Source: Leptolyngbyaceae cyanobacterium (GTDB lineage: Bacteria; Cyanobacteriota; Cyanobacteriia; Phormidesmidales; Phormidesmidaceae). Taken from it: DNA of 64,000 nucleotides. This document shows positions 10,594-22,972 of this stretch, one piece after another. The position numbers and the translations under genes were made by a program. The notes under the pieces are model-generated. The model was not told the origin of the DNA, searched no databases, and worked only from the letters and a program-made list of their open reading frames with translations. Position 1 is the first letter of the stretch; the number at the start of each line of letters is the position of its first letter. Location: assembly GCA_965263355.1 (NCBI GenBank), contig CBDHHL010000056.1, forward strand, positions 1,792,001-1,856,000, read 5' to 3'.

Positions 10594-12024
10594 ATGACTT
10601 TCAAATTTTCTAACTTGCTTTTGCAGACTGCCCCACTATGGATACTTGGCCTTCAAGCAGCAGCCGTTGCTCAAGTTTCCTTACCATCAGATACATCAGT
10701 TTTAGTATCAACTAATATCCAACCGGCAACGTCCGATACAAGTGTTGTTCAGGGAACAGATCAGGTTAATATTCTGGGCGGTCAACTGTCCTCTGGAGCT
10801 GATCCAAATTTAATCCATCAGTTTCAGAATTTTGACTTGAATGCAGATGATATAGCTAACTTTATAGTTAACCCTGATATTGCTAATGTCATCAGTCTAA
10901 TTAATAGCGCTGATGTTTCCACGATTGATGGTGTCCTTAAAATAACCAGCAGTAATCCAGATCTGGGTAGTAACGCTAACCTTATTTTGGTTAATCCCTC
11001 AGGTATTATTTTTGGTCCAAATGCAACGCTCAGTTTACCAGCTGATCTAACTGCTACAACCAGTTCAGGGCTGCTATTTCAGGATAAGTATTTACTATCT
11101 ATAGATGGATCAGTTAGTGAAATAGCTCTACCCCCTAGCGGTGCGGCCAGCCTACCGTCAACCACCACGGCTACACACACAATTAATAACCTGATTGGTA
11201 CTCCTAATGGCTATCTTCTATTAACAACAACGACTGACTCAACCAACTTAGACCCGTTTTCTCCAACGTTGCCTCCAGGTAGTATCGAAAACCAAGGCAA
11301 ATTAGAAGTAGAGCCTCAATCATCCATTACATTAGTTGGCCAATATGTTCAAAATGACGGCACCCTTGTAGCTGCAGGTGGCGACATTAATCTAGTTGCC
11401 GCCGTCGGCGAAAACCTATTGCGACTGAGCCAACCAAATAGTTTACTTGCATTGGATATTATTCCAGTTGAGTCTGTTTCAGTTCCCTCCCTCGCTGCTG
11501 AAAAATCCGCTGCTGCATTAGCCACCACAGATTTAGCGCTATTGCTTACAGGTGGCAATGAGCAAAGTGCTACTCACATCGAAATCAATGCTGATGGTAC
11601 TCAATCTCTGACTAGCGGCCCTCCACCACTGACTCCTGCTCCAGGATCAGTATTAGTGCGAGGAACATTGGATGTTTCTGACAATGCTCTTCCAGGACAA
11701 TCTCTTAACTCTCCAGGACAAGTCACTATTCTGGGAGAGCAAATAAATCTGGTGGGTGGAGAAGTCTATGCTGATGCAATTGGTCAGGCAGGCACCATAT
11801 CTATTGGTGGCATGCCCGTTGTTGATAGTTTCAGCGCTACCCATGTTATTACCGATCGCACCTCTAAACTTTCTGCCAGTTCTTCAGACGAGCAAGGTGG
11901 TGTTATCGATATATGGGCAGATGACAGCGTATGGTTTTATGGTGACGCGATCGCAACCGGAGGATCATCTGATTTAGAGGGAACTATTTCCATTGATGCC
12001 GGGAACCTAGTCGATATCCGCTAG
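10594..12024 (+). CDS. Filamentous haemagglutinin N-terminal (TPS) domain protein
   Basis: Signal-like N-terminus, NLIHQFQNF, S.IDG.L, ANLILVNPSGIIFGPNA motif, beta-helix-type repeats; start uncertain (10537-10594). Confidence 0.85.
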   Translation: MTFKFSNLLLQTAPLWILGLQAAAVAQVSLPSDTSVLVSTNIQPATSDTSVVQGTDQVNILGGQLSSGADPNLIHQFQNFDLNADDIANFIVNPDIANVISLINSADVSTIDGVLKITSSNPDLGSNANLILVNPSGIIFGPNATLSLPADLTATTSSGLLFQDKYLLSIDGSVSEIALPPSGAASLPSTTTATHTINNLIGTPNGYLLLTTTTDSTNLDPFSPTLPPGSIENQGKLEVEPQSSITLVGQYVQNDGTLVAAGGDINLVAAVGENLLRLSQPNSLLALDIIPVESVSVPSLAAEKSAAALATTDLALLLTGGNEQSATHIEINADGTQSLTSGPPPLTPAPGSVLVRGTLDVSDNALPGQSLNSPGQVTILGEQINLVGGEVYADAIGQAGTISIGGMPVVDSFSATHVITDRTSKLSASSSDEQGGVIDIWADDSVWFYGDAIATGGSSDLEGTISIDAGNLVDIR

Positions 12025-12352
12025 CCTGGTGCAGCGTCGGATCTAAACATATACCCAATACCCACAAATAGAGGAAGGTTCAGAGGCAATAGGAGTTGTT
12101 CAAAACTCAACATCAGGACGGAGAAACCTCTAGCTGAAAATGTTGAAACGTTCTTCACCAGAGTCACCTAACCTTTGTATTGATGCTTGCACTAGGAAAG
12201 CCATCATATATGCTAGTCGCAATACAAAAGGACTCTGACTATAGCAAATGCAAGTGACATGGGTGATACATCTAGTGATAATCTGTTACATGGCACTTTG
12301 AAAGTAAAAATAAAATTAAAAGTCGCCGCAGTAGCTAATACCCTTAGGATAA

Positions 12353-13816
<1,464 letters not shown>

Positions 13817-13831
13817 GCAGATGCTGATCTA

Positions 13832-13900
13832 AACCACGTCCGAGTTGAAACCTGTGGTTTCTTCTACAGCAAAACTTTAGTTCTGGACGTAGACAAGGTT
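13832..13900 (+). mobile_element. MITE-like 69 bp element, copy B, flanked by TA
   Basis: TA|AACCACGTCCGAGTTGAAACC...TTCTGGACGTAGACAAGGTT|TA. Confidence 0.8.
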
Positions 13901-13949
13901 TATTTGGCACAGATTACTGACAGCTTTGTGAGTGGTGAGTGGCGAGTTT

Positions 13950-13969
13950 GCCCTGAGCTTGTCGAAGGG
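13950..13969 (+). repeat. CCCTGAGCTTGTCGAAGGG-type small dispersed repeat
   Basis: GCCCTGAGCTTGTCGAAGGG; related CTGAGC..GTCGAAG unit at 36187-36208. Confidence 0.65.
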
Positions 13970-14030
13970 TAGTGATGAGTTTAGCAAGTTAGATCTTGTT
14001 CCACTGAAAAATATTTCAGGTATTACTACT

Positions 14031-14057
14031 ACTCACTACTCACTATTCACTATTCAC
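14031..14057 (+). repeat. STRR-like heptamer tandem repeat
   Basis: ACTCACT ACTCACT ATTCACT ATTCAC; complementary GTGAGTG GTGAGTG GCGAGT at about 13928-13947. Confidence 0.65.
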
Positions 14058-14075
14058 CTTTACTTCTTGAGTGTT

Positions 14076-14483
14076 ATGTCATTAGCAGTTCGTGTGGTAG
14101 CTCCCGACAAAACTATTTGGGATGCTGAGGCAGAAGAAGTTGTGCTACCTAGCACGACTGGCCAATTAGGTATTTTAAGTGGTCATGCTCCATTGCTGAC
14201 GGCTTTAGATATTGGTGTGTTGCGAGTTCGCGCCGACAAAAATTGGGTTGCGATCGCACTTATGGGCGGCTTTGCCGAAGTGGAAAACAACGAAGTTACC
14301 ATTTTGGTAAATGGAGCTGAACGCGGCGATAGTATTGATTTATCCGCTGCCGAAGCCGAGTATACATCGGCTAAATCAGAGTCCGAAAGCGTTGCTTCAG
14401 ATGATAAGCAAGCCGTTATCCAAGCTAGCAAGGCTTTAAAGAAAGCCCGTGCTCGTGTCCAAGCAGCAGGTGGCAGTATCTAG
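14076..14483 (+). CDS. atpC: F0F1 ATP synthase subunit epsilon
   Basis: MSLAVRVVAPDK..LPSTTGQLGILSGHAPL..GGFAEV; ATG 14076 rather than the track's 13932. Confidence 0.98.
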   Translation: MSLAVRVVAPDKTIWDAEAEEVVLPSTTGQLGILSGHAPLLTALDIGVLRVRADKNWVAIALMGGFAEVENNEVTILVNGAERGDSIDLSAAEAEYTSAKSESESVASDDKQAVIQASKALKKARARVQAAGGSI

Positions 14484-14590
14484 ATCGACACTGCGAGATA
14501 TCTTTAGGGGCTGTGCCTTTTGCCAGCCCTGGCATATCGGGGGCTAGCAATCAAAATTTTGTACTAGTAGAAGATGTGAAAGAAATTAGC

Positions 14591-14627
14591 AAAAGCCTGC
14601 CATTCCCTAAGGGAATGGCAGGCTTTT
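14591..14627. terminator. Bidirectional intrinsic terminator
   Basis: AAAAGCCTGCCATTCCC-taa-GGGAATGGCAGGCTTTT perfect stem between convergent atpC and ycf65. Confidence 0.9.
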
Positions 14628-14651
14628 ATCTTTCAATTAAGTTTACTTAAA

Positions 14652-14951
14652 TCATGAACTACCAGTAAACGCTACATTTGGGAATTTCTCAGCTGCTTTT
14701 TGCATAGGCTGAGTTTTCCCACCCTCTTGCCAATAATTAATAATTTCAGTGGCCTGGTTTAAGAGATCAATGCGCTCTTCCTCAATAATCCAGGTCTTGG
14801 ACTCAAGCTCTGTCTTCATCTGATCCCAAGCATCATTACGGGGCCAGAAAAAGTAAGAGGTCAGCGGACTCGATCCCTTGCCCACTACTTGATCCACGGC
14901 GAGAGCCACATCTTTGTCGAGCCAGAGAACCTTTAAGATAAATCGAGACAA
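14652..14951 (-). CDS. ycf65: 30S ribosomal protein PSRP-3 / Ycf65
   Basis: [10 protein letters not shown](L)[22 protein letters not shown] start at 14951 with GGAGG upstream. Confidence 0.95.
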   Translation of the reverse strand: MSRFILKVLWLDKDVALAVDQVVGKGSSPLTSYFFWPRNDAWDQMKTELESKTWIIEEERIDLLNQATEIINYWQEGGKTQPMQKAAEKFPNVAFTGSS

Positions 14952-15222
14952 TGCAAACCTCCGCTGTACGCCTCTTGGCTTCAAAACTACACGGTCTATA
15001 ATTTTAGCGTATTCGTCACCGTAAAAGCATCGAAACTTTTAACCTTTCCCACATCCAAATATCCAGTCCTATTGCCCTAGCTATATTTGATAACGATTAA
15101 TCAATTTCCAGAAACCCACCATTTTAACGACACAGTCTGTAACACTAGCTACCGATTGAATGGTAGGTTAGGCAACAGTCATTAACCCGCTATTCAAAGC
15201 GATTTCAGTAAGTATAAGATTC

Positions 15223-16746
15223 ATGAATCTATTGCCGTTTTTAATCGCACTGCCTGCCATTGCGCCCTTTTCTTTATCTTCGACGCTAGAGCCTCAAGGC
15301 ACGCAATTTTTAGCTTCAGCTATGGCATCCTCGACAATAGATTCCCACCGCAATAGACTAATTACCCAAAATATTGGTCAAGCAATTATTCCACAAATTC
15401 AAGAAGTGCGTCCGCTCCCAGGGAGCCTGGATAATGTTCCTGTATTTAACAGCAATAGCCCTGAGCTAATTGAATCTGAAGGTATTCTCCTATCGACATT
15501 CCCCCCTCATGCTAAGGCCACACCGTCAGCCCATTTAGACTATGCATTTGAGGGGCGGTTTGATATCTTTGACCATCATGTTGTCAGGGCCAAAGACGAC
15601 AATGATACTCGTACTCGGTACCTTGGGATTATCGTCCACAACCCTAGCCGTAGGCCAGTTAACCTGAGATTTCGTGAAGCTGCGAGCTATCTAAGTCAAG
15701 AAGCTCCTTGGCACGGTCGTAATGATGTGGAATTTAACTTAGCAAGTACTCAATTCTCAGGACCAGGCAGTCGTCTTATGAACGAAATCCTGAGAGATCG
15801 TCGTCAGTCGTTTTGGCCCAACGACATTACGATTCCTCCTCGGACAAGCTATCTGCTGATGAACTCACCATTGCCGGTGCGTCGGTTGTCTGTAGCAACT
15901 GACGGTAGTCTGATAGCGGGCAGTGAACTATTACCGCCACTACCTAGCAACCTCGGTGGAAATCGCAGCAATGCTCGCTCTACCCTCATGCGTTTGTCGA
16001 GTGATGGTCCCTTATATGTGGCTAGCTTGACCATGCTTGCGCCATTGACAGATAGTGGCGGTGAACGAGTGCCCAGCTTAGAAGAATGGCTACAAATTTT
16101 ATTTGATGGCAACCTTGTAACCCCTCGGGACTTAACGCCTACTCCCCCCGATCGCCAAGCTAATCCGTTTATCTATGGTCGTGTAGCAGGGGTCAGTCAA
16201 GGCTCGCGTTGGCAGGCTCGTCTCACTGATCGCCGCTCGTCCCAGCTAGCAATTCCTGCTATGGGGGAGCAGATTTCCTATGTCATTAGCACTGTTGATC
16301 ACAACACATTTGGAACCGAGCAAATTCAAAGTGCTCCTATGCTCAGACGCTATAGCGATACCGCTTATCGCGCCCACGGCAACTATGGAACTGAATACGA
16401 CCTAACGCTACCGTTACACAACCCAACTAATCAATCACAAACAGTTGGCTTATCGATACAGACCCCCCTCCAGAACGAAATGATGAAAAATGCATTGACC
16501 TTCTTAACACCCCATGATTCTCGCATCTTCTTTCGGGGCACTGTTCTATTTCTATATGCCAATGATCAGGGTGAACGTCGAGCTGATTACATTCATCTTG
16601 TTCAACGTCGGGGGCAAGTAGGCCCCCCTTTAATCAAGCTAATGCTTGCACCTGGCGAAGAACGGGTTGTAAACGTGCAGTTTCTGTACCCACCTGATGC
16701 TACTCCGCCTCAGGTACTGACCCTAACCACCTACGAACAAGACTAA
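15223..16746 (+). CDS. DUF3370 domain-containing exported protein
   Basis: VRPLPGSLDNVPVFNSNSPE..GILLSTFP, YGRVAGV, AHGNYG, YPPDATPPQVLT. Confidence 0.88.
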   Translation: MNLLPFLIALPAIAPFSLSSTLEPQGTQFLASAMASSTIDSHRNRLITQNIGQAIIPQIQEVRPLPGSLDNVPVFNSNSPELIESEGILLSTFPPHAKATPSAHLDYAFEGRFDIFDHHVVRAKDDNDTRTRYLGIIVHNPSRRPVNLRFREAASYLSQEAPWHGRNDVEFNLASTQFSGPGSRLMNEILRDRRQSFWPNDITIPPRTSYLLMNSPLPVRRLSVATDGSLIAGSELLPPLPSNLGGNRSNARSTLMRLSSDGPLYVASLTMLAPLTDSGGERVPSLEEWLQILFDGNLVTPRDLTPTPPDRQANPFIYGRVAGVSQGSRWQARLTDRRSSQLAIPAMGEQISYVISTVDHNTFGTEQIQSAPMLRRYSDTAYRAHGNYGTEYDLTLPLHNPTNQSQTVGLSIQTPLQNEMMKNALTFLTPHDSRIFFRGTVLFLYANDQGERRADYIHLVQRRGQVGPPLIKLMLAPGEERVVNVQFLYPPDATPPQVLTLTTYEQD

Positions 16747-16767
16747 ACCGAATAAGTTTGTTCCCGG

Positions 16768-17457
16768 TTACTTAGCAGGCTGAGGATAGTCGTAGGAGTG
16801 GGACGGACCACTATGACCATGGGCTATAGGATGATGGCTGATTTCTTCCTTTGACAGATCATGCTGGGGCATCAACGGTTGCACAGGAATATAGCGCGAT
16901 TCGTCATCAGCGGGTGGCACCTGATTTAACACAGACAAAATGTAGTCCCGATGAGGATGCTGTTCAAGCCATGCTCTGATCCTGAGGGCTTGGGCATAAT
17001 CTTCATCTCCCAGGGCGCTGCGATAGGTTTCCTCTAAAACTCGATTAAATTCTGCTTGACGAATCTGAGACTGCCAGGGCTCTGAAAAAACTAGATGAAC
17101 CTTATCGTGCATATTATGAGCCTTTAAAGTTTCCCACTCTCCTTTGTCAAACCAGTTACCACCACAATGGGAACACCGATCAAGATAAAACTCCAGCCCG
17201 TGACCAACTTTGGCACGACGCATCAAATGATTACATTCAGGACAGAAGGAGGCACGACGATTATCAGAAATCGCATCATTCAAATCTGCAGAGTTACATT
17301 GCTTGATTTTCCCACTACTGGGTTGCCACTCTAACCAATGCCAGTAGTCATAGGAGGAAACCCATTGACCTTCACAGGTTTCGCAGACATGGGCTGATAA
17401 GTTCTCATCTAATCGAGCGCGGTGTAAGGAAGATGTCTGACAGCAGGGGCAATGCAT
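16768..17457 (-). CDS. Double zinc-ribbon (zf-TFIIB-like) protein
   Basis: CPCC..CETCEGQW and CPEC..LDRCSHCGGNWFDKGEW. Confidence 0.8.
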   Translation of the reverse strand: MHCPCCQTSSLHRARLDENLSAHVCETCEGQWVSSYDYWHWLEWQPSSGKIKQCNSADLNDAISDNRRASFCPECNHLMRRAKVGHGLEFYLDRCSHCGGNWFDKGEWETLKAHNMHDKVHLVFSEPWQSQIRQAEFNRVLEETYRSALGDEDYAQALRIRAWLEQHPHRDYILSVLNQVPPADDESRYIPVQPLMPQHDLSKEEISHHPIAHGHSGPSHSYDYPQPAK

Positions 17458-18067
17458 AACAAAGGCCGATAAGAGGTTTTTGATGCGAGTTTGATGCAGG
17501 ATAGAATAACGCTTATCTGAAGGTAAGCAAAAGAGAAAAAAAAGCGTTTGAGAGTCTATGAAGCAGTCATCAAATAGACTGCGCTAGCTTCACTGTAATT
17601 GAATTATCTCAAAGTCGGCAAAACAATCAGCAATTTGCCATATTTTGATATGTAGCTAAGTTTTATGGCGAAAATGGGTAGCAGTCAAAACAGATAATTT
17701 ATTCGTATCTACTTACTTAGTCAAAATACTGTATGCGAATTTAAAGATGCCTCAAACCCATTATTTGATGGCATTTCAATATCTGGCCAGGCACTCCCAT
17801 TGAGACATTCATAACCTGATCAACCCCTAAAATTTTCTTTGTTTTTGGAAGTTTATGCCAACGTTAAGTTAACAGTTTTTAACTGTAAAAATGTTGATTA
17901 ATATATAGAAAGCATTTTTGAAGAAGCCTAAATAGTTGTCATCAAGACACCATAAACGATCGGACTTAAGTACACTTAAGCCATAACAAAATAAGGATAA
18001 ATAGAGTTTTTTCCTTAAACCGAAGAAATTAGCAAAACGTACGGAATATCTCCTATTTGGCACAGTC

Positions 18068-19093
18068 CTAGGAAGATAACCAACTTAAAATAGGACTAGT
18101 AGATTGAACAATATTCATGCCAGCTGTTGCAAATCGTTGGTAAGCCTGCTCAGCTACCTCTGTAAAGTCGACCACTTCAGGGACAACGACAGGTGAACTA
18201 CAGTCTTCGAGCAAATAAATTTTTTGGGCTAGTGTAGCGTCCATTTGTTTGATTTCACTGAGCAAATCATCAATAGTCCAGGCAACACAGTGACTTTTGG
18301 CTTGCCCTGCGATCGCAATTGCATCAAAGGCTAACAAATGCTGGATCAGTGCCTGATTTTTTTGTGCTACTGGTTGGCCATCGGGATTGTCTAATACTTC
18401 TGGGCGCAATACCGAATAATTTTCAGTTAGCGGATTACTGCCCTTAAGTTCAAACCTTGTCTGACATTGACGTGCCAAATTATGGAAAAAGCAAGCCTCT
18501 TCAAACGCTGACACTAAGCTGTGACCAATCCCTCCCAACATTGAGTGATAAGGCCATACCGTCAGAGGATATTTACCATCATCGCTAAGTCGTTTCACAT
18601 AGTGCAAGACAAACGCCTCTAGCTGCTCTAAAGGCACCCCTAGGCTAGGAACAATGGCTGGATTTACCCGCCATCGCCCATCACGAACATCGTCTAATGC
18701 CACCATGGTCATGGGTGCAGGCATTTGGCCATCGACATCGACCCAAAAAGCCGCATGAAAAATTTGCATCGCCCGATGGGTATCCATGGTGGGCACAATT
18801 TCTGTGATGTGGCCCAAATTACGATAGATAAACTCACATAGACGCCTGGTATCATCCACGGCACCTTGACCTGAAGTCCCTCCCACAAAAAGCTCAAACC
18901 CAGGAATGCAAAAGGTATTTTGAACATCAATCGCCAACAAACATAACCGTGGACTATCCTTATCAGCCGATTGAAGAGCCTGTTGTTTAGCCCAAGCTTG
19001 GGCTTGAACGGCCCGTTCCTCGTAAGGCACACGCCATACCTCACCAACGCGGTCGGCAGCAAAAAACTCAGGAATTGGTAAGGAAGAGGACAT
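18068..19093 (-). CDS. Isochorismatase/nicotinamidase-like cysteine hydrolase
   Basis: IDVQNTFC (Asp), TMDTH, WPYH, KG (Lys), AGQAKSHCV (Cys). Confidence 0.85.
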   Translation of the reverse strand: MSSSLPIPEFFAADRVGEVWRVPYEERAVQAQAWAKQQALQSADKDSPRLCLLAIDVQNTFCIPGFELFVGGTSGQGAVDDTRRLCEFIYRNLGHITEIVPTMDTHRAMQIFHAAFWVDVDGQMPAPMTMVALDDVRDGRWRVNPAIVPSLGVPLEQLEAFVLHYVKRLSDDGKYPLTVWPYHSMLGGIGHSLVSAFEEACFFHNLARQCQTRFELKGSNPLTENYSVLRPEVLDNPDGQPVAQKNQALIQHLLAFDAIAIAGQAKSHCVAWTIDDLLSEIKQMDATLAQKIYLLEDCSSPVVVPEVVDFTEVAEQAYQRFATAGMNIVQSTSPILSWLSS

Positions 19094-19555
19094 AAGCTGA
19101 TCTCCAGCGTAGTTTTCTTAGACGTTTAGGCCTTTGGCATAGCCCCATAACCTCCACATGGATTGGGATACGCTGATAGTAACGCTTAAACGCATCAGTG
19201 TAAGTACCGCCATGGATTAGCACATCAGCCACCGCCACCGTCAGATTGTGTCATCGGTAAAGATGCTTTGGGCTGTAAATAAGGGAAAGTTTTTTTGTCT
19301 TAAGACCTGCAAATTCATAGGCTGAGCCGATGAGATCGCCTGTAATTGCACCAAGCATATAAGGTAAAAAACGAAACTTTCGTAAAAAACTCCTCAAATT
19401 AGATATTTTTCAAGCCCTTGATGAAAAAGAAACCCAGCTTGCTTACCGCGCAGCCCAGCCTTATCAGTTTGACCAGGCAAAATACACAGAGCGTGCACAA
19501 ATAGACTTCAATTTTGAGTTGTAAGGTTTAATCAGTAAGGACGTCAAAAAAATTT

Positions 19556-20503
19556 CTAGCCCAATAAAGAATAAATATTTCCGTCAATCAATAAATGAGT
19601 AATCCCTTTTGCCTGTAGATAGGATGCTGTCTTGGTAATCAGTTGACCATCAGGTACTTTAATGACCCGTTGATTACGACGCGAAAATCGTCGCGCCACA
19701 CGATGATCGTCAAATATCGGCAGGGTCAATGCTGACTCTTGCTGTATAGGAATTTCACCCAGATCGCCAAAATCTTTGAGGGGATGGGTAATCAGTTCTG
19801 ATAAGCGGTCTACAACCAGATAGCAGGTACGGGGAAATACTGCATCCGATATGGGCATAATTTCGACGACTGCCCCTAACAATCCGGTCTCACTTGAAGC
19901 CCCAAACTCATCATCATCAAACTCGTCATCAAGGTCACTGTCAAGTTCGCTATCTAAATCGTCATCAAGATCATCTAAATCCTCATCTAAATCTAAATCC
20001 TCATCCTCATCCTCAATATCATCCTGATGCCGAGTACTGGAACCCTTTAAAAGTTCCGTAGCTACAGCCAATACATCATCGTCACCTTGAGATAATGGCC
20101 CGTTCTCTTGTTTTGCTATCGTATCGTCAGTAGCCAGCAGTTCTAACTGTCCTTCTTCATCGACCTGGGAAAGCTCTGATGCGACAGATGGAGCAGCACC
20201 TGCACCAGAACGTTTGCGAGCACGACGGATTGGTTTTTCGGGCTTAGGTGTCTCATCTACTTCAAGCTCAGCAGCCTCAGCAATCAATGGTGCTGGCACT
20301 ACTAGCTTCTCAGATGAAGCCGAACGTTTCTGGGCAATCAGTGCCCGATATTCCTCTTCAGGCAATTGCGTCTTAAGAATGCGACTAATGGTACTAGTAC
20401 TGACGCCATAGTGCTTGGCAATGGTAGATGTAGTTTCTCCAGGCTGCCGATACATCTCGATTACATCGCGCTTATCGGCGTCAGATAGTTTTCGCGGTGC
20501 CAT
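19556..20503 (-). CDS. Conserved cyanobacterial HTH protein with acidic linker
   Basis: MAPRKLSDADK..ETTSTIAKHYGVSTSTISRILK HTH, D/E-rich tract, CYLVVDR..EL..PLKDF..KGITHLLIDG; start at ATG 20503. Confidence 0.8.
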   Translation of the reverse strand: MAPRKLSDADKRDVIEMYRQPGETTSTIAKHYGVSTSTISRILKTQLPEEEYRALIAQKRSASSEKLVVPAPLIAEAAELEVDETPKPEKPIRRARKRSGAGAAPSVASELSQVDEEGQLELLATDDTIAKQENGPLSQGDDDVLAVATELLKGSSTRHQDDIEDEDEDLDLDEDLDDLDDDLDSELDSDLDDEFDDDEFGASSETGLLGAVVEIMPISDAVFPRTCYLVVDRLSELITHPLKDFGDLGEIPIQQESALTLPIFDDHRVARRFSRRNQRVIKVPDGQLITKTASYLQAKGITHLLIDGNIYSLLG

Positions 20504-20567
20504 GCTAGCAACAGCCCCAAAGGGTAGATTAAAACGTCTCTCTAGTATGCCAGGTTTATGCCTATTG

Positions 20568-21572
20568 TCATGCTCGACGACGTGATCCCCGACGTGAACG
20601 TTTAGAAACGTCATATTCAATGACAGCACCCGCTGCGAAGAAGAGCGCTGAAAAAGTCCAGAAAACTTCCCACAATGCCCCTTCATTATAGTTTTCACCC
20701 ACTGCAGCAAAGGCCATGTCGGCAATGTATAGGCAAAATGTTGCGATCGCAATTAGCTTCCATGACTGGGAAAAACGGCCTCCCCAAAATGCCACCAGCA
20801 GTGCCGCTGCAATGACGACGAGAAAACAATCTGCAATCACATACATAAGGGCCACTGGATCAGCAAACTGCTCAAGCTCATTATCTAAAGCCTTGGCCCA
20901 TCCAGGCGCAGGTAATAAGCCGGCCACTATTTCAGGCTCAGCAACTTCTTCAACCTCAACAACCGATTCCACTGGCGCAGCAGGCTCAGAGTCAGGCAGT
21001 GGCGCTTGGGCCAGCTGTATTTCACTTGCCATAGCCGGTTGCGGCGATAGCTGAGTTGCAACTGCCGGAATCCCATAGTTCAGCACACAAGCTAAAACAA
21101 TCCCCACCGCACCGATGGCAAAAATCATTATCCACTGAGGTATGGTCAAATCAATCCGCCTTGGTAGAGCTGCCAGCAGCATGCCGACTGCCATCGCCAC
21201 ATAGCTAATGAAATAGAACCCATCACCCAAAGAAACTGACGGGTCCAGCCCCCAAACCGTACCCCATAGGAAAAAGAAGACATTCCCTGCCGCATAAGCT
21301 AACATCCCAATTGCTAGTGAAAACCATACGGTTCGACCACTAATAATCTGAGAACTTCCAGAGTTGCGAAAACATAAGAAAGCGGCCAATAGAAACGCAA
21401 AAATTTCTAAAAAAGTAATCGAAATTAAAAACCAGCCTGGACGAACTTCTTCTCCGGGAGCAAGTGCTCCAAAGAGTAAGAAGAAAAGAATAGAAACGAT
21501 GCCCCAAAAAAGGCAAAGCATCAAAGTAGATTGGCTTAAGCTAGCTTTAGAAGCCTTGGAAGACTGAGTCAA
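20568..21572 (-). CDS. Conserved polytopic membrane protein of unknown function
   Basis: About 8 hydrophobic segments, SGRTVW, DPSVSLGD, AFWGGRFSQSW; likely TTG start 21572 after a purine-rich RBS. Confidence 0.75.
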   Translation of the reverse strand: MTQSSKASKASLSQSTLMLCLFWGIVSILFFLLFGALAPGEEVRPGWFLISITFLEIFAFLLAAFLCFRNSGSSQIISGRTVWFSLAIGMLAYAAGNVFFFLWGTVWGLDPSVSLGDGFYFISYVAMAVGMLLAALPRRIDLTIPQWIMIFAIGAVGIVLACVLNYGIPAVATQLSPQPAMASEIQLAQAPLPDSEPAAPVESVVEVEEVAEPEIVAGLLPAPGWAKALDNELEQFADPVALMYVIADCFLVVIAAALLVAFWGGRFSQSWKLIAIATFCLYIADMAFAAVGENYNEGALWEVFWTFSALFFAAGAVIEYDVSKRSRRGSRRRA

Positions 21573-21879
21573 TGCCCTACTCCCTAATGAGATAACACCA
21601 AAGATAATGCCCTTGAGCAAGTGTGATTACCCATTCGGCACTTGGGATAGCACTGTATCTAATCATGGTCAGGATTGACCAATAAATTAAGTAACTATAA
21701 AACAATAATGAGTAAACTAGCCACGACCTCACCTATTAAATCCATAGAGTTTAGCCTATGGCAAAGCCAGAATTAATACAGAGAACGGATTTATTCATCC
21801 GTAACATACCTACAACGTAAAAACAAAAGTCGATCAAAAAAGTCAATGCCCCAGAGCTGAGCTATTGTCCAGATGTTTG

Positions 21880-22554
21880 CTACTGCCAAAGTTGACCACT
21901 CGATAACTGTTTCAACCAGGTCAAGAAAGCATCACGTTCTGTTGGTGATAGCTCGTCCAATGCCTCTAAGGTACGTTCGGTAAAATTAGAACGGCCAAAA
22001 TAGGTTTTACCAATGCGATGCAATTCAGTAAATATGGTGTTGAGATGATTTGTCTGCCAAGGCGGCAATGCTGCAGAAAAAGGATCCATTTTTAGGAGTT
22101 CAGTCACTAAATCTTCAGACGTCATCTGGGGCAGATGCATTTGCTGACCAATTTCCGCTAACTCACCCTCAAAACGCTTGGCCTGCTTACTGCCCATTAA
22201 ATCGTCAATATCCTCGTACATGGTCTGAATAATCAGCACCCCTGCCTTAATAAACACAGTACTGACACCGTTTGCAGTTGCAGGTGCCGAGGCCGCCCCC
22301 TCCTCCGATAGTTGATCTAGCTGAATCTTTCCCCAAACACTAAACCTTTCAGGCTCTTCAAGTAATACACAGGCTTTGCCTCGATTATCTGTGAGGTCTC
22401 TCCAGAGAGTTCGTGCATCCTCTTCTTGAGCAGCATTAAAAACACTCAGCAAACGAAATGTCTGCCCTTGATAGGACAAGATTGGAATCTTTTGCTCTTT
22501 AGATGGATGCTGAAAATTGCCAATTTCTACATCCTGGCGCTTTAAGATGAACAT
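21880..22554 (-). CDS. Conserved cyanobacterial protein (Npun_F0813-like family)
   Basis: MFILKRQDVEI..QGQTFRL..WRDLTDNRGKACVLLEEP.RFSVWGK. Confidence 0.8.
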   Translation of the reverse strand: MFILKRQDVEIGNFQHPSKEQKIPILSYQGQTFRLLSVFNAAQEEDARTLWRDLTDNRGKACVLLEEPERFSVWGKIQLDQLSEEGAASAPATANGVSTVFIKAGVLIIQTMYEDIDDLMGSKQAKRFEGELAEIGQQMHLPQMTSEDLVTELLKMDPFSAALPPWQTNHLNTIFTELHRIGKTYFGRSNFTERTLEALDELSPTERDAFLTWLKQLSSGQLWQ

Positions 22555-22891
22555 GGTGCCGCTAATAAATGCTAACCCGAGGAGCCCATGCTATTAGCTT
22601 GAGCGAGTAAACCATTAGTCTGTCAGTCGGCTTTGCTGCCCCTATTGAGTAAGTTCAGCCTAACTCACTACGATAGTAGAAATACGATAGTAGAAAAACC
22701 GTTGATTAAAACCATTTTGTGCCCCCAGCGTACCCAGTTCATTGTTCTGCAGTGACATAGCCTTCATTCTAGGTGGCAGAGAGCCATGCTAGATTATGGC
22801 TAAGATCGCCTATAGACTTAGGACTAGGCTGTACACAAACAGCGTGATTCACTACCTTCTATACTGATATAGTCTGTTACGTAATGTTTAG

Positions 22892-22964
<73 letters not shown>

Positions 22965-22972
22965 TTTTATAG

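Noticed and set aside
13932..14075. N-terminal extension of AtpC
   Set aside because: Read-through of repeats; homology begins at ATG 14076
19100..19260. Minus-strand peptide VADVLIHGGTYTD resembling an MBL-fold hydrolase end
   Set aside because: Too short to support without a search
19556..20503. HTH protein as a transposase
   Set aside because: No DDE or HUH motifs and no terminal repeats; looks like a conserved chromosomal gene
22669..22696. Perfect 14 bp tandem duplication; similar short ones at 55039-55060 and about 51340-51365
   Set aside because: Isolated two-copy duplications consistent with slippage
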